DNA from: Styela clava
Taxonomy: Eukaryota
DNA: 64,000 nucleotides
NCBI RefSeq assembly: GCF_964204865.1
Contig: NC_135258.1
Coordinates: 10,416,001-10,480,000 of the forward strand
Direction of reading: 5' to 3'
Each line of letters starts with the position of its first letter. Positions within the stretch are counted from its first letter, which is position 1. The position numbers and the translations under genes are program-made. Shown piece after piece: positions 39,676 to 53,408 of this stretch. The notes below the pieces were generated by a model that was not told where the DNA came from, searched no databases, and saw only the letters and a list, made by a program, of their open reading frames with translations.

Positions 39676-39849
39676 ATTCTGCAAGCCTTTTGTTTTATTT
39701 CGTAATATGGAGATAATCGAGAAATGATTATTATTTCACGGATATAAAACAGCAGATGTAAACGTTAGGAGACAATTAGTATCAATAACTTTTCGATACA
39801 TCATCACTATAGAGCAGCATAGAATCAAATCATTGGAATTATTAAGAAT

Positions 39850-41387
39850 ATGGATTATATCCGTCAGCAACAAATTTCGTATGCTTTTCCAATCAGATCG
39901 CCGTATGAGTTTCGAGAGATGGAAAATCAAGCCATTCCATCAAACGACCAAAGTATTGTACGGAGCAGAGCACCAAAGTGCGCACGGTAGGTGATGTGTT
40001 AAAAAAAATTTAGCTGGAGAACCAATATTTGGGCGATAAACATAATGAATAAATTTTTTAAAATCACAGATGTAGAAATCACGGCAAAATCAATGTTTTG
40101 AAAGGTCACAAACGTTTCTGCAAATGGAAGACTTGCGAATGTGTGAAATGTAACCTGGTTGCAGAAAGACAGAGAGTTATGGCTGCTCAAGTAAGTACAA
40201 ATTGATTTAATCTCAAAGTAGCGTTGCAACACATATTGTACCAACACATAAACCAATTAATTCTATCCAATATTCCAGGTCGCACTTCGGCGGCAACAGG
40301 CTCAAGAATCTAGATTGATCATCGCGAAACGACACTTGATTCCAGAATCTACTGAAGTTATGCAAGGTGGATATTCTATTTAAAATGTCAAAATCTTGCT
40401 ATAAATATAGATATTTTATAACTAATGTTTTGGCATTTCTGTAGCATCAAAAAAGATCAAAACCGAAGACTATGGATGTCTACTAACACCCGAGAAACTA
40501 GAGAAGGATACTAACAACACCGGGGTGAAAAATTTCGGAGAGTGCCAAAAAGAAAACAAAAGTGATGCTACAAGTTCTGGATGCTTCTCGTTTTCCCCAA
40601 ACAGTAGTGAAGTTTCAACACCGCAAAATTACTCGACGAGTACGGATTTGTGTGACCGCATTTCACCTGTTCATTCTACTCCTGTAAAAGATGGTTTCAA
40701 TTCAATTATGAAAAGTAATTCATCAACAAAGTCGGATGTCCCCAAAGATAACTCAATTAGACGGTGAGTACCGGAAATAAAATTATATTTTAGTTTGAAG
40801 AATTCATAACCTATCCGATAAGTTTTACATTGGCTAAGTTGAAGAAGAAAATGAAATGTATATACGAGGATATCGAAATATCCAAGATCGGATTTTTTAC
40901 ATTTTTGTTTGTTGCTTCCATATACAGAAAGTTTCATGTACTGATTCAAGCATTTCCAACAATTCTTCCAAGTACAATACTCGAAACATTGAACGAATGT
41001 AATGATGACATTATCAGAACAATAGGAAAGGTGTGAGACTTATTCAAATTTTAATAAAAATTCGCACTTCCCAACCCGTTTCTTTCAACAATTTATACAT
41101 TTTTGCAGTTATTGGAGAAGAAATTAGCTACCATACCACAACAAGCGATACTATATAAGGATAACAATGTCTATTCAGGGGTCGCACCTCATACACCAAA
41201 ACTTGATACATATCAAGTACTGAGAAATAATTTTCCGATATCGCTACCAACAACATTGACTACTGCAAATGCTTTCCAAGCAGACATGTGGAGATATCCG
41301 TACGGATCACCGCTATCAAATTATTATGTCACAAGTCGCATCAATCAAGATTTCTTTTCTGGAACGAAATGTTTTTTGCCAAGATAA
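39850..41387 (+). CDS. dmrt: DMRT copy C, intact
   Basis: Exons 39850-39986, 40070-40190, 40279-40366, 40445-40763, 40928-41030, 41109-41387; all DM Cys/His ligands present; DMA domain present. Confidence 0.93.
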
Positions 41388-43319
41388 CTGAATAATTAAT
41401 TGCATAGTGGGGAAGCAGGGGCTAATGAATGAGTTCATGAATCGAGAGTGCAGCCCATTAATACTATTAAGATTTATTTATATTTTTGCTTCATTTTTAT
41501 TTTTTTATACTCTATTATGTGTTTGCTACTGTTCTTTCTTTGCACAAATATAACGAAAAACTAAGACAGTCCAGTAATTTATATTGGAGAGCAAGATGAG
41601 TAGTTGAAAGTTTACTTAGCGTATACATACAAAAAGAAAACACTATTCTAAGTGTTCGTATAGAAAGAAATCAATAATTAATGAACAACGAGTTACTTTG
41701 CACATATTTAGGAGTTGTGTAATTATGCTCTATTAACCCATTCCTACTGTTTGTTGTATTGTGAACATTGCTGATATGTTTCTCACATTTTTGAAAGCAA
41801 AATAGATTTAAGGATCAATTTGCAAAATTGTTGTTGATCATCCTTGTGACAACGGCCAAAAGTAGACAAAAAGAAAGGATCTGCGGTTTAATACACAATA
41901 TCCTAGTACTGTAAAACTAGTATCCTATAATGTTTATCTCCAGCGAACTTGATATACCTTTGCTGAAGATATGATATGGTGCAAATAAATTCCCATTTTT
42001 GTTTTTTTAAAACAACTCGTGGTTATGTTTAGGTCTTCGTTATTTTTACAAAGGAATTACAGACGTTCTAACGTTAAGGCCTATACCGTTATATCTTATC
42101 ACTAGGATTGTTGGTAATTGTTCTGTGAATAATGCATGCTAGGTCTGACTAAATGCTTCATATTACATTTTCATATCTGAAAAAATTGGAATCGCACAGA
42201 AAATATTTATTTTGTACAAAAAAAGTGATTTGAACACAAAAATATAAATAAATGACAAAGAATAGACGAAAATAAATATATTTGAATTGTGAATGAACTT
42301 TGGATGTGTATTATTCTTTTTGTCGCACCTTCTTGTGCTCTTTTGCATCCTCCGCGCAACTTTCTGTTCACTTCAGGACGTGCTTTTTATACCTGACTTC
42401 GTTTAAAATTGGAGTAAGAGTTGATGAATGATGACCTAAATATAGTTAATGCGAACCAAAGATTGTACACATGATTACTTTTGAATAGAATGAAGCCAAG
42501 TCTGATCCGAAATAATTTTTCACAAAACGGATGTCACAAATTATAAAGATTACACATATTCAATTTCCGAGTTTTGAAGTTCATATCTAAATCTGGGAAA
42601 AAAATTTAATATTATTTGTAGTTCAGAAAAAATATCAATAACAATTCGAGTTCTTCTTTAGAATATAATGCGGAAGAAAATATTAGAATACTTGAATAAA
42701 AAAACATAAAAGCAACATTATTTATTGTTAACAATGCAAATTGGCATAAATAAATAATTTTTTTCTCTATATGAGTGTTTTTTTAAATTTCTTTTATTGA
42801 TTTCCGGCCTTGTTCACTAAAAAAACATTAAAAGATCACAACAAAAAAGCAATGCGGCTTATAGTGAAAAATATTAAAATGGATTGAAGTATATGACAAA
42901 GTTTAAAAAGTTTAATGAGATGGGTGCACCTTGCCATCGCTGTTTCGTTGTGAAGCAGCATTTAGTAGCGGGATGGCATTAGAACCGTAACTTCCTGAAC
43001 TGCCCATTGTAACTCCCTCCTATACCAACAAACGTGCAAAAAGGCAGCGTCAGCTATACTTCTGCAGTTAGTTAACTTTTAATGGCAGCAATTGAATTTT
43101 CTCTGTGACATCATAGTGGGGCAGTGTGATTAAAACAGGAAGTGAAGGTGTCTCCAGCAGCGATTGCGAAGCAGCAAAAGGAGACAAATGTGTATTTGCA
43201 AACTTAATTTTTGTATTGTCAAGTTATGATCCATATAACCGATTTATTTCGCGGACCCTCCGAAAGTGCTTCACGGACCCCAAACGGTGCGCGAACACCA
43301 CTTCAGGAACCACTGCTCT

Positions 43320-44030
43320 ATATAATGCTTGTCAATATTACATAATTAAAGACTTATGTAACTAGTGGTGGTATCCAGGGGGTTTGCACGTTCTTGGAGT
43401 GAGATGATCATCATCCATCCCGTTCTTGAGCTGAAGACTAATGTAATATTTGTCATTTCGAATGTAATGTATTAGATCAAATTAAAGCGTGCCATGTTAA
43501 TGTACGCAGAGACATGATTTAGTAAATAGGATGTAGGGTTATTGGGCTATAACTTTGGCATAGTTTTTTTTTCAGATGAGGTAACCGATGGCGAATTCGA
43601 TACTAGAGAGAACTTGTTTATAAACTTCGGAATCCCACCACTCTATGTTCATATAAATTACGTTTTTCATTGGTCAGATTTGATTCTTGAGCTTGATATC
43701 TACGTAGGGAGTGCCACCTAAAATAAATGTAAGTATATTATATATAAATAAACTTGTTAAGATATATGCAAATGGAACTAACGAAATTAGTTAAATTGAA
43801 CTTACTTGGGCAGACATAACTCTTTGTCTTCCTTTTCACTAAAACCATTGTAACATTGAGACATGAAAAAAAATAGCACATTTACCCATCTTGCGCACTT
43901 TGGTGCTTTGTTTTAAATAAATTACTATGGTCGTTTGGTAGACTGCTCTGTCTCACATAACCTGGTAGCTTGTACATTCCACTGGAATAGACGTATTATA
44001 ACTGTTGTTGATAGGAAGCGGTTATGCGTT
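43320..44030 (-). pseudogene. dmrt: DMRT relic psi2 (most of the DM exon deleted)
   Basis: Exon 1 remnant ending APKCA, only RQRVMSAQ left of exon 2, exon 3 remnant ...QAQESNL; colinear with 50430-51730. Confidence 0.8.
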
Positions 44031-44139
44031 GATAAGTTAATGAAACTGATTGTCTTCAACATTTTAAACTATTGCTATATGCGTGAAATCTTAATTTTAT
44101 CTCAATTTATTTCAATTGATAAATAAAACATGATAATTG

Positions 44140-44320
44140 ACATGTTCATTAATTATCTTTAGTTCCATCGAATAGAAACAATATGTAGTACAAGTGATAA
44201 CAATTATAACAAAGACGTTGCTATTGTTAAAATTGAATTCCTGTGACAAGTGATTACTATTGTTGTTTTTGTTTACTTTATAAAATATTGTGTTGTGTTC
44301 ACGCGACCTCGTTTCCTCTT
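44140..44320 (-). promoter_or_regulatory. Conserved dmrt upstream module in front of psi2
   Basis: TGATAAC, AATTCCTGTGACA, TGTTTACTTT and CACGCGACCTCGTTTCC retained. Confidence 0.65.
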
Positions 44321-45464
44321 AATGCTAATATTAATTGTTATTCACTATAAAATTATGAATTATGTGAACTGATTGAAATATTTTTACTTAAAATATTCTA
44401 TAAAATATTCAGATTATTGTGAACGCATTTTGATACCGTGTTTCTTGTAATTGAAACAAAATTACCAAAATTCGGATATAATACCTCAGACTTGGAAACT
44501 TAATATTGGTTACGTGTTGATACATTGAGCCGAAAATACATTGATGATCGACGTTATGCATTGCTGAATATTTACAATATGAGCTTTGTAAAACAAGGAT
44601 GAAATCACTGATAAAGTAGACAAATACATATAAGATTAATCGTTAATCAACTAAATAAACAAGTTGCATGTTATCTGTAGTCGATTTCCCGGATTGGCAT
44701 TCGGAAATTAATTAGCTGTTTGCATCGTTGTTTTATTCAGAGTTGTTCAGTAAAAGATAAGAAAAAACAATAATGAATCGCCTGCGTAGCGTATCCAATT
44801 ATGCCTTTCAGGGTGACTTTATTCAGATTTGTAGAGAAACTTATTTCGAAAAAAAATTGAATAAAATCAATGTTCATGCTTTCACACTAGTTTATTGGGA
44901 ATATAAGCCCATTGGCTGAATATATCTTAGAAAACGCATTCACTTGTTTGTATGATTGTTGTTCATACTATTCCCAGTTTAAATTAATAAATTCATATGC
45001 ATTGCGCGCTTTATATGCCCAAACATAATTGAGAATAATATTTCACAGATAATAAATTACAAATAATTCAATTACACTAAAAAAATATGCACCTGACGCT
45101 ATTTTATTCAGAAAACATGGCTAATTATCATTAGCAATGACACATTTTTGGTGATTGAATCTCGGAGTTAACAAAACATTTTATCACACTACGTAATTTA
45201 TTTCTAGTGCTAGTTAGAAGTCTGCTTTAGAACCTACAAGTATCATTTTAAAAGAAGTAAAAAATAACAACTTTAACGAGAAGCAAGATCACGCCGGTAC
45301 TCGAAAACAAGTTGATATAATTTTATTATGTATTTTGAATAAAAGCATAGGCGAAATTTTAATGCTTCAGCAATAATTATAATATTACTCAACGTACAAG
45401 GCCCATTCAATTATCAAAAATGCGTAATGTAGTTTCCTAAAAATGACTGAAATAAGTAATAAAA

Positions 45465-45645
45465 GGAAACGCGGTCGTGTGAGCACGACGAAATATATGT
45501 TAAAGTAAACAAGTGAACAATAGGACTAATCGCGTGTCACAGGAATTCAATTTTAACAAAGGTAGGATCTTCGTAATATTTCTTATCAGTTGTTTTACAA
45601 ATTGTTTTTTGTTAAATGGAAACGAAGATAATTAGTGAACAATGC
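45465..45645 (+). promoter_or_regulatory. Conserved dmrt upstream module (copy D)
   Basis: AAAGTAAACA 45502, CAGGAA 45540, CTTATCA 45582, GAACAATG 45637; TATA-like sequence ~45715. Confidence 0.75.
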
Positions 45646-45807
45646 ATTTCGTCAAACTTTATTTCATTTTATAATTGCGATAAACGAAGAAAAAATTTAG
45701 ATAACACGCATATATATATAAGAACAGTTTGAATTATAATGGACAAATCGTAGCTTGTCAATACATTACTATTACACTGAAAAAAAATTCTTTAGAATTT
45801 TTGAACT

Positions 45808-47412
45808 ATGGATACTTTCCATGTACAGCAGTTGCCATACGTGTATCCCAGTGGAATCTACAAGAATAACGGACATGTGAGTCAAAGCAGTCTACCAAAC
45901 GATCAAAGTAATGTACCCAACAGAGCACCAAAGTGCGCAAGGTAAGTAAACTGTTTTCTATTTTCTATTAACTATGCCGAAATGTTGGACCTGTTTCATT
46001 AAAAAAATCTTGAATCTACAGGTGTCGAAATCATGGTGAAATCAATGTTTTGAAAGGTCATAAACGATTTTGCAAATGGAAGAATTGCGAATGTGTCAAG
46101 TGTAACTTGATTGCAGAAAGACAAAGAGTTATGGCTGCTCAAGTATGTTCGATTAATTCAATTTTTTAGTTCTTGTTTATATCATAACACATCTTTTGTT
46201 TACTTAAATATACATTTTTATATATTGTAGGTGGCACTACGTCGACAACAAGCTCAAGAATCGAATCTAATCAATGCAAAACGTTTTAATTTATATGCAG
46301 AGTGCACTGACGTTGTGCAAGGTTACTATTTTTTTTATCTTGTATGAATTTTTGCCAATAAATTTACAGCAAAATTCATCATTCCAATATATCTTCACAG
46401 AACCCAAGCGAATCAAGATTGAAAGAGAATTTTTCACGCCGACATTTGATAAGACTTGTATGGATTCGCACTTGGATAAGAACAGTGCTTGGACGGAAAT
46501 AACCAATAAATGCAAAACCACAAATAACAGTGATACAACTTCAGGATGTTTCTCATTATCTCCGACCAGTGATGCCTCGACTACTCCAGATTACTCGAGC
46601 ACAGTTAATGATAAATTTGGCCACGTTTTGCCAGTTCATTCTACTCCAGTGAGAAATTTTCCCAAACTAGGCCAAAGAGATAATTTGGAAATAGAACGAG
46701 ACAACTCATCCTACATTGAACCCTGTGAAAATTCAATAAGGAGGTAAGTTCATAGAAAATATCATATTAAAATTCTGGATAGTGCGATTAACGATTGCCA
46801 ATGACGAAGGATTATGTATATTCTAATATTTTTTGATATCTCGTTCTTTTTATTGCAGAACGTTCCAGGCATTGGTTCGAACATTTCCAACAATTCTTCC
46901 AAGTACGATTCTTGAAACATTGAACGAATGTGATGATAATGTTATCAAAACAATGGAAGAGGTGAGGAAACGCACGCTGTTTGAATATTTAAAGTTAATA
47001 TGTAAACTTCAAAAAAAAATCTATAAAAACTAGTTAATGTATCAATTAATGTATTTTCTATAATCCAACTCTTCGAGATGAAATTTGTTTAATACTAATT
47101 TGATTTATACTCAGTTTTTTTATTTCCACAATCAGCATTGCAAAACCTCTAACATGAATTGACTTTAATTTTTTTCAACAGTTATTGAAGAAAAGATCTT
47201 ACTCAACAGAGTCACTGGTTACAGAAAATGCAAATTCTAAAGTATTTTCTCGCCTACCAAAGCAGTTTTGTTACCCGCAATTGCTGAGCTATAATTCACC
47301 AGTTTTACCAACGGCGTTCAACCCATCGAGTTTTTTCCAGACAGACTTGCTGAAAAGATATCCATATGTTCCTTCATATATCAACCCCTTTTCAAATGTT
47401 CAAAAAAATTGA
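45808..47412 (+). CDS. dmrt: DMRT copy D, intact
   Basis: Exons 45808-45941, 46022-46142, 46231-46321, 46401-46743, 46859-46961, 47182-47412; DM and DMA domains intact. Confidence 0.93.
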
Positions 47413-48019
47413 AGAGATTATAGAAGGTTATATGTGCGTGGTATCTACTTTTCCACACACAACCATTATCTGATGGACATTACATACCAGTGAATATTGT
47501 CTTTTTCACGAATTCAAAGGACATAATTAAACGAAATAAGGATGCTATAGGGTATGAAAGACTCACATATAAAAGCCTTTAAAAGTTCATATATATTTCC
47601 CGAATATTTATTTTTACCTACAATACTTTTTTATTATTTTTCTTGAGCATAAATCATATATTTAATTTGAGCAAAATATATTAAAACACCGACATGAGTC
47701 CTTCTCAACCTAGAAAGTCGAGATGGAACGAGTAGTCAAATTCCAAAGCAGTATACTCAAATCATTTATACGACGATAGTGTCATTGTATTAGACGCTTA
47801 GCTTAGGTATTGGTGTAAGGCTGGGGTTTAGAACCTTTTTTAGCCGGCGCAATTCGTTTCTGTAAAAGGACTACGGCCGCCAGTAATGTCGCGATTTTTC
47901 ATGAGTTAGTAATATTCAATCAAAGAATTTCTTATTATGGGTATATCTCATAGTCTTGCACTTAACACTTATTAAATGTCTTTTGTTTTTGAATCGTCGA
48001 ATTCCTAATATACCTCACA

Positions 48020-48590
48020 ATATATCATTGTTTAACTTAAAATCTGCTAATTGACGAATTCATAACTTCTACGAAAAATTTTGTTTGGTTAAGTCTTTAC
48101 CGACGGAAATGTATTTTCATCGAAATATTCAAGGTATGGTTATACATTTGTTTTATGTTGCTTCCATATACAAATAGTTCCATGTGATGATTCAAGCCTT
48201 TCCAACAATTCTACCAAGTACAATACATTTAACGAATGGGATGATGACGTGAGGGACGAATGGGATGAAGAACAAGAGAAAAGGTGACAGATACTACTGC
48301 AGACAGTGATACTATTAAGATTTATTTATATTATTGCTTTATTTTAATTTTTTTTTTTTAATTGTACTCTATTTTATGTGTTTTCCACTGTTTTTTCTTT
48401 ACACAAATATAAAGAAAAAAAAAAGACAGTCCAGTAATTCATATAGGAGAGAAGGTGAATTGCTTGAAGTCTACTCAGTGTACACATACAACAAAGAAAG
48501 CACTATTCTAAGTTCCTATAGAAAACAATAATTAATGAATAATGATTTACTTGTGAGTTGTGTATTACTATGCTCTAATAACCACCTTCT
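48020..48590 (+). pseudogene. dmrt: DMRT fragment of B/C type (intron 4, part of the DMA exon, 3' UTR)
   Basis: Matches 35166-35400, then jumps to the 3' UTR sequence seen at 35852-36120. Confidence 0.75.
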
Positions 48591-48779
48591 ATATTGACAA
48601 ATCAATTTTAAATTTTTAGTACCGGTACTCGAAATTGAAAGAAGTCACTTGAAGACTGTGACTTTCTTTGATTTTACTATGGGGCCCATTATATCTTGGA
48701 AACGCTGTTTAGATGATATTTAGAATGTTATCTTTCAACAATCGGCTGGAATAATTTTGCTGACATTGCGATATTTGAG

Positions 48780-49140
48780 CATTATTCTCCGTTTGTCTGT
48801 TAGATACACGCGATATCTCACGAAAACGAGGTTGAATCTGCTCCAAATTTTGCTTGTGCATTCATCATATCTCGGACTAGAAGCCTATCGATTGGATGAA
48901 TTATGTCGTATAATTAGCGAGTCATTAATTAATTAGTGATGAAAAGATCTAGATTTTTGCAAAACGAGAGAACGTGTATTGTCTAGATTTTTGAGGCTAG
49001 AGCGCGCATGTGATGAGTGTGTGTGTGCGATGCGCAAGTTTCCATCGAGAAAGTTTCCACGCTATTGAGTCAGAGCGAAGGATACACGCCGCTAGATCTA
49101 TCTATAAGTCGACGATATCTGATCGCTATCTCGTTATTTT
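48780..49140 (+). repeat. Probable non-autonomous interspersed repeat (Helentron/DINE-1-like style)
   Basis: CCGTTTGTCTGTT...GATATCTC...CCAAATTTTGC organisation; absent from paralogous blocks; only one copy in this window. Confidence 0.3.
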
Positions 49141-49799
49141 CTTGTTAGAAATTTTAGCTTTATATTTCATTCAGCAATACCTAGCTACCCAATAGACATT
49201 GAACTTTCTGGTAAAATCAATATTTCAAACGTTCTGAAGTTTAGTGACACATTCAAAACTTTGGATTTAGTGACAGATTCGAAACTAAACCAAATAATAC
49301 GTTTATCATTTATTAATTTTGTGGCGAAAAGCCCGGCAGTCGCCCTCAGAGATCGAAGTCGACTTGTTTTTAAATTTGGGTAGCATTCTAAATTTTGGTA
49401 AATACATGGGTGGATGACTTGGTGCATTTGCACTCATTGAAATATATAGTTTTTAATGACTTATGCGTCCATTGGGGGGGGGATTTTTTTTTTTTACAAA
49501 GAATGACAGTCGTTCTGTTATTAAGGCCTATGTTGTTATATTTATCACTATGATTGTTGGTAACTGTTCTGGATGCTTTGTATTACCTGTTCATATCAAA
49601 TAATATTTATTTTATACAAAAAATGTGATTTAAACACAAAAATATAAGTAAGTAAATGACAAAGGGGAGACGAAAATAGATACTTTTTTAAAATTGTAAA
49701 TGAACTTTGTAGGTGTATCTTTCTGTCTTTCGCTTCCTGTTGTGTTCATTTGCGTCATCCACACAACTTTGTATTCAACTCAGGCCGTGTTTTTTATAC

Positions 49800-51726
49800 C
49801 TGACTCCGTTGAAAATTTGAGTAAGGGTTGGATAAATGAAAAAGCATATGGTTATCTTGCCAACAATATCTTGCCTGTCTGAAAGGAACTTGAAGGAGTG
49901 GATGTTGTTGATGGCAGAACTGAAAAATTATATCCAAATGAATAAGAAGCGTTAAACTGATTTGGCATCCAAGCAAACGCTTTGTAATAGGCATTTCCTG
50001 TATCCAGTTACATTTTTGGTGAAGTAGTTCTTTTCTTCAGTAACTGTGAGTGAAAGAAATTTAATTAATGCAAAATAATGATTGTATATGATTTCTTTTG
50101 AATAGGATGAAGCCATTTCTGATCCGAAACAATTTTTAACAAAACGGATATCACAAGTTATAAAAAGTACATATATTAAATTTCCGATTTACAAAGTTCA
50201 TATTTTAATTTTTCTGTAGCATTTGCAAAAAGTCCGGAGAGAGTCCGATTGTAATCCACTGTCATAAAGTATGGGAGTATTTTATGTGTTATCTGATTAC
50301 ATGACCTGAAATTTAACTCGCGACTCTGATCATAACTCATGTTTCCATAGTTAAATTTGTTTCATTACGATAGTCTGGGAAAGCTCGCGTTTTCTCACCT
50401 TTTTCATTGTTTTGATGACAGTTTTCCTTTATATAATGCTTCTCAGTAGTGCATGATTAAAGAGCTATGTAACCAGTGGTGACATTCAGGGGGTTCGCAC
50501 GTTCTTGAAATGACGTGACTATCATCGAACCCGTTCCTGAGCTGAAGACTAATGTAATATTCGGCATTTTGAAAAGTAATGTATTATATCGAATTAAAGC
50601 GTGCCATGTTAATGTAGCTTACGCAGAATCATAAATTAGTAAATATGGTGTTTAGGTATAGGATTATAAGTTTGGCATAGTTTTATGAAATATGGGAACC
50701 TGGAGCGAGTTCTATACCAAAGAGAACCTGTTTTTAAACTACTGAATCGCACCACTGTATGTAACCATACATTTCATAAAACGTTGATTACATGTCTATC
50801 TAGAGTTTTAGTATATGGATTTCTTTTAATTTACCTCTTCAACGAATATCCACAAGCTTCAGTGAATGCTTTGGCCTCTTGTTCCGTATCCACATTCTCT
50901 CTCTCGTCTAATTTGGAGAGATTTCTCACTGAAGTAGAATGAATCGGGTGATCTCGGTCACATTCATCTTTAACGGTGCTTGGGCAATTTGGAGGAATCG
51001 CGACGTCACTGTTACTAGGACACTGTTATTTGTAGTTTGACCTTGGCTTATCCTTTTGACGTCATCATTGGTAATATCGAAATTTGTATCGGCACGAGTC
51101 ATTTCGAATATTGGAGTACGAAAATCATTCTCGATGACGATTCTTTTGGATTCTGTGAATATATACAGAAAATTAAATAGTATAGTTGAAGGTAAAATGC
51201 TAACCTCGAAAAACTTATTTGTACTCTTCATATAAATTGCGTTTTGCATTGATCAGATTAGATTCTTGAGCTTGTTGTCTACCAGTGCCATTAAGCTTAA
51301 TATGTAAATAAATGTAAGTATAAAAAAATATATAAGTTGTTATGATGTATACAAATGGAACCAACGAAATTAGTTTAATTGGACCAACTTGAGCAGCCAT
51401 AACTCTTTGTCTTTCTGCACTCAAGTTAAATTTTACACATTGGCAATTTTTACATTTACAGAACCGTTTGTGACCTTTCAAACGCGAATTTCGCCTCGAT
51501 TTTGACATCTGCGAAGTTTTAAAATACTTTTATTGAAACCATTGTAGCATTTAGGCACATAAAACGAAAATTGCACATTATGTCATATCACTCACCTGGT
51601 GCACTTTGGTGCTAAGTTGGAAACATCACTATGATTGTTTGGTAGACTCTGGCTCACACACCCTGGAAGCTTGTAGATTCCACTGGGATAGATGTATGAT
51701 AACTATTGTTGTTGGGAGGCATGCAT
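49800..51726 (-). pseudogene. dmrt: DMRT relic psi3 (D/E type; all exons recognisable)
   Basis: ATG at 51726 with TAG at codon 8; CRNHG changed to CQNRG followed by a frameshift; exon 5 end at ~50400; exon 6 from ~50043 with stops. Confidence 0.85.
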
Positions 51727-51814
51727 AGTTCAGTGTTTTTGAAATAATCTGATAAGTTAATGAAATCTTAATTTTATCTCAATTTATTTCAAATGATAAA
51801 TAAAACAAAAGAAT

Positions 51815-51992
51815 TCAATTGTTCAGTAATTACCTTCGGTTCCATCGAACAGAAACAATATATAGTGCAGATGATAACAATTATAACGAAGATGTTGCTA
51901 TTGTTAAAATTGAATTCCTGTGACACGCGATTATTACTATTGTTGTTTACTTTATCAAATATTAAGTTATGTTCACGCGACCTCGTTTCCTC
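51815..51992 (-). promoter_or_regulatory. Conserved dmrt upstream module in front of psi3
   Basis: ATTGTTC, TGATAAC, AATTCCTGTGACACGCGATTA and TGTTTACTTT retained. Confidence 0.7.
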
Positions 51993-53068
51993 TTAATACT
52001 AATATTAATTGTAATTTACTAGTAAAAAATTTATGAACTATGTGAACTGATTGAAATCTTTTAACTTGGTCTAGCCTAGGACATTCTAATCATTGTGAAA
52101 GCATTAGTAGCCTAAACCATGTTCCTTGTAATTGAAAAAAAATTACAAAAACTAAAATATAATACTTCAGACTTTATATTGGTTACGTGTTGAATAAATT
52201 GCTGAATGACGTTATGCATTGCTGAATATATACAATATGAGCTTTGTAAAACAAGGATAAAATCACTAATGAAGTAGAAAAATACATACAAGATTTAATC
52301 GTCATCCATGATTAATCAACTCTATAAACAAATTGTTATCTGTGGTCGATTTCCCGAATTGCCAATCGGAAATGAATTAGCTGTTTCTATCGTTTTTGTT
52401 TATTCCGAGTTGTTCAGTAATAGATAACAGAAAACAATAATGAATCGCATGTGTAACGTATACAGAGGCCATTTAAATTGAATTCATTCAGATTTGTAGA
52501 AAAAATTATTTAGAAATAAATTGAACAAAATCAATGTTCATGCTTTCATATTAAAGTTGTACTAGTTTTTTTAAGAATATGAGCATAATTGCGCTTCTTC
52601 TGCCCAAAAGTTTTTGACAATAATATTTCACAGATAATTAATTACAAATATTTTTAATTGTACTAAACAAATATGCAGCCGGCGCTACTTTATTCGGGAA
52701 ACATGGCTATTGATATTGGCATTCACATATTTTTGTTGATTGAATCTCAGAGGTAACAAAACATTTCATCCCTATTCAAAATTTATTTCGAATGCCATAG
52801 TTAGAAATCTGTTTTGGAACTTATACAGGTATATTTTTAATAACATCAAAAATAGCAATTTGAACGAGAAGCAAGAATACGCAGGCACGCAAAAAAACAA
52901 GTTGATATATTTCTATTACATATTTTGAATTAAAGCTTAGACGATATTAATTAATAAGACGATTAGACGATAATAATAATAAATATTCTATAACTTAACG
53001 TACAAGGTCCAATTATTATAAAAAAGCGTAATGTAGTTTCCTAAAAATGAACGAAATAAGTAATAAAA

Positions 53069-53250
53069 GGAAACGCGGTCGTGTGAGCACGACAAAATAT
53101 TTGTCAAAGTAAACAAGTAAACAATAGGACTAATCGCGTGTCACAGGAATTCAATTTGAACAAAGGTGAGATCTTCGTAATATTTGTTATCAGTTGTTTT
53201 ACAAATTGTTTTTGTTAAATGGAAACGCAGATAATTAGTGAACAATGCAT
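53069..53250 (+). promoter_or_regulatory. Conserved dmrt upstream module (copy E)
   Basis: Nearly identical to the copy D module. Confidence 0.75.
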
Positions 53251-53408
53251 CTCGTCAAACCTTTTGTTTTATTTTATAATTGCGATAAAAGAAGAAAAAA
53301 TTTAGATTATACGCATATATAAGAACAGTTCGGATTGTAGTGGAAAAATCGTAACTTGACGATACATTATTATTACACTGAGTAAAAAACCTTTAGAATT
53401 TTTGAACT

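Noticed and set aside
51887-51906. DMRT autoregulatory site (GATGTTGCTATTGTT)
   Set aside because: Only a partial match, and present only in the psi2/psi3 modules.
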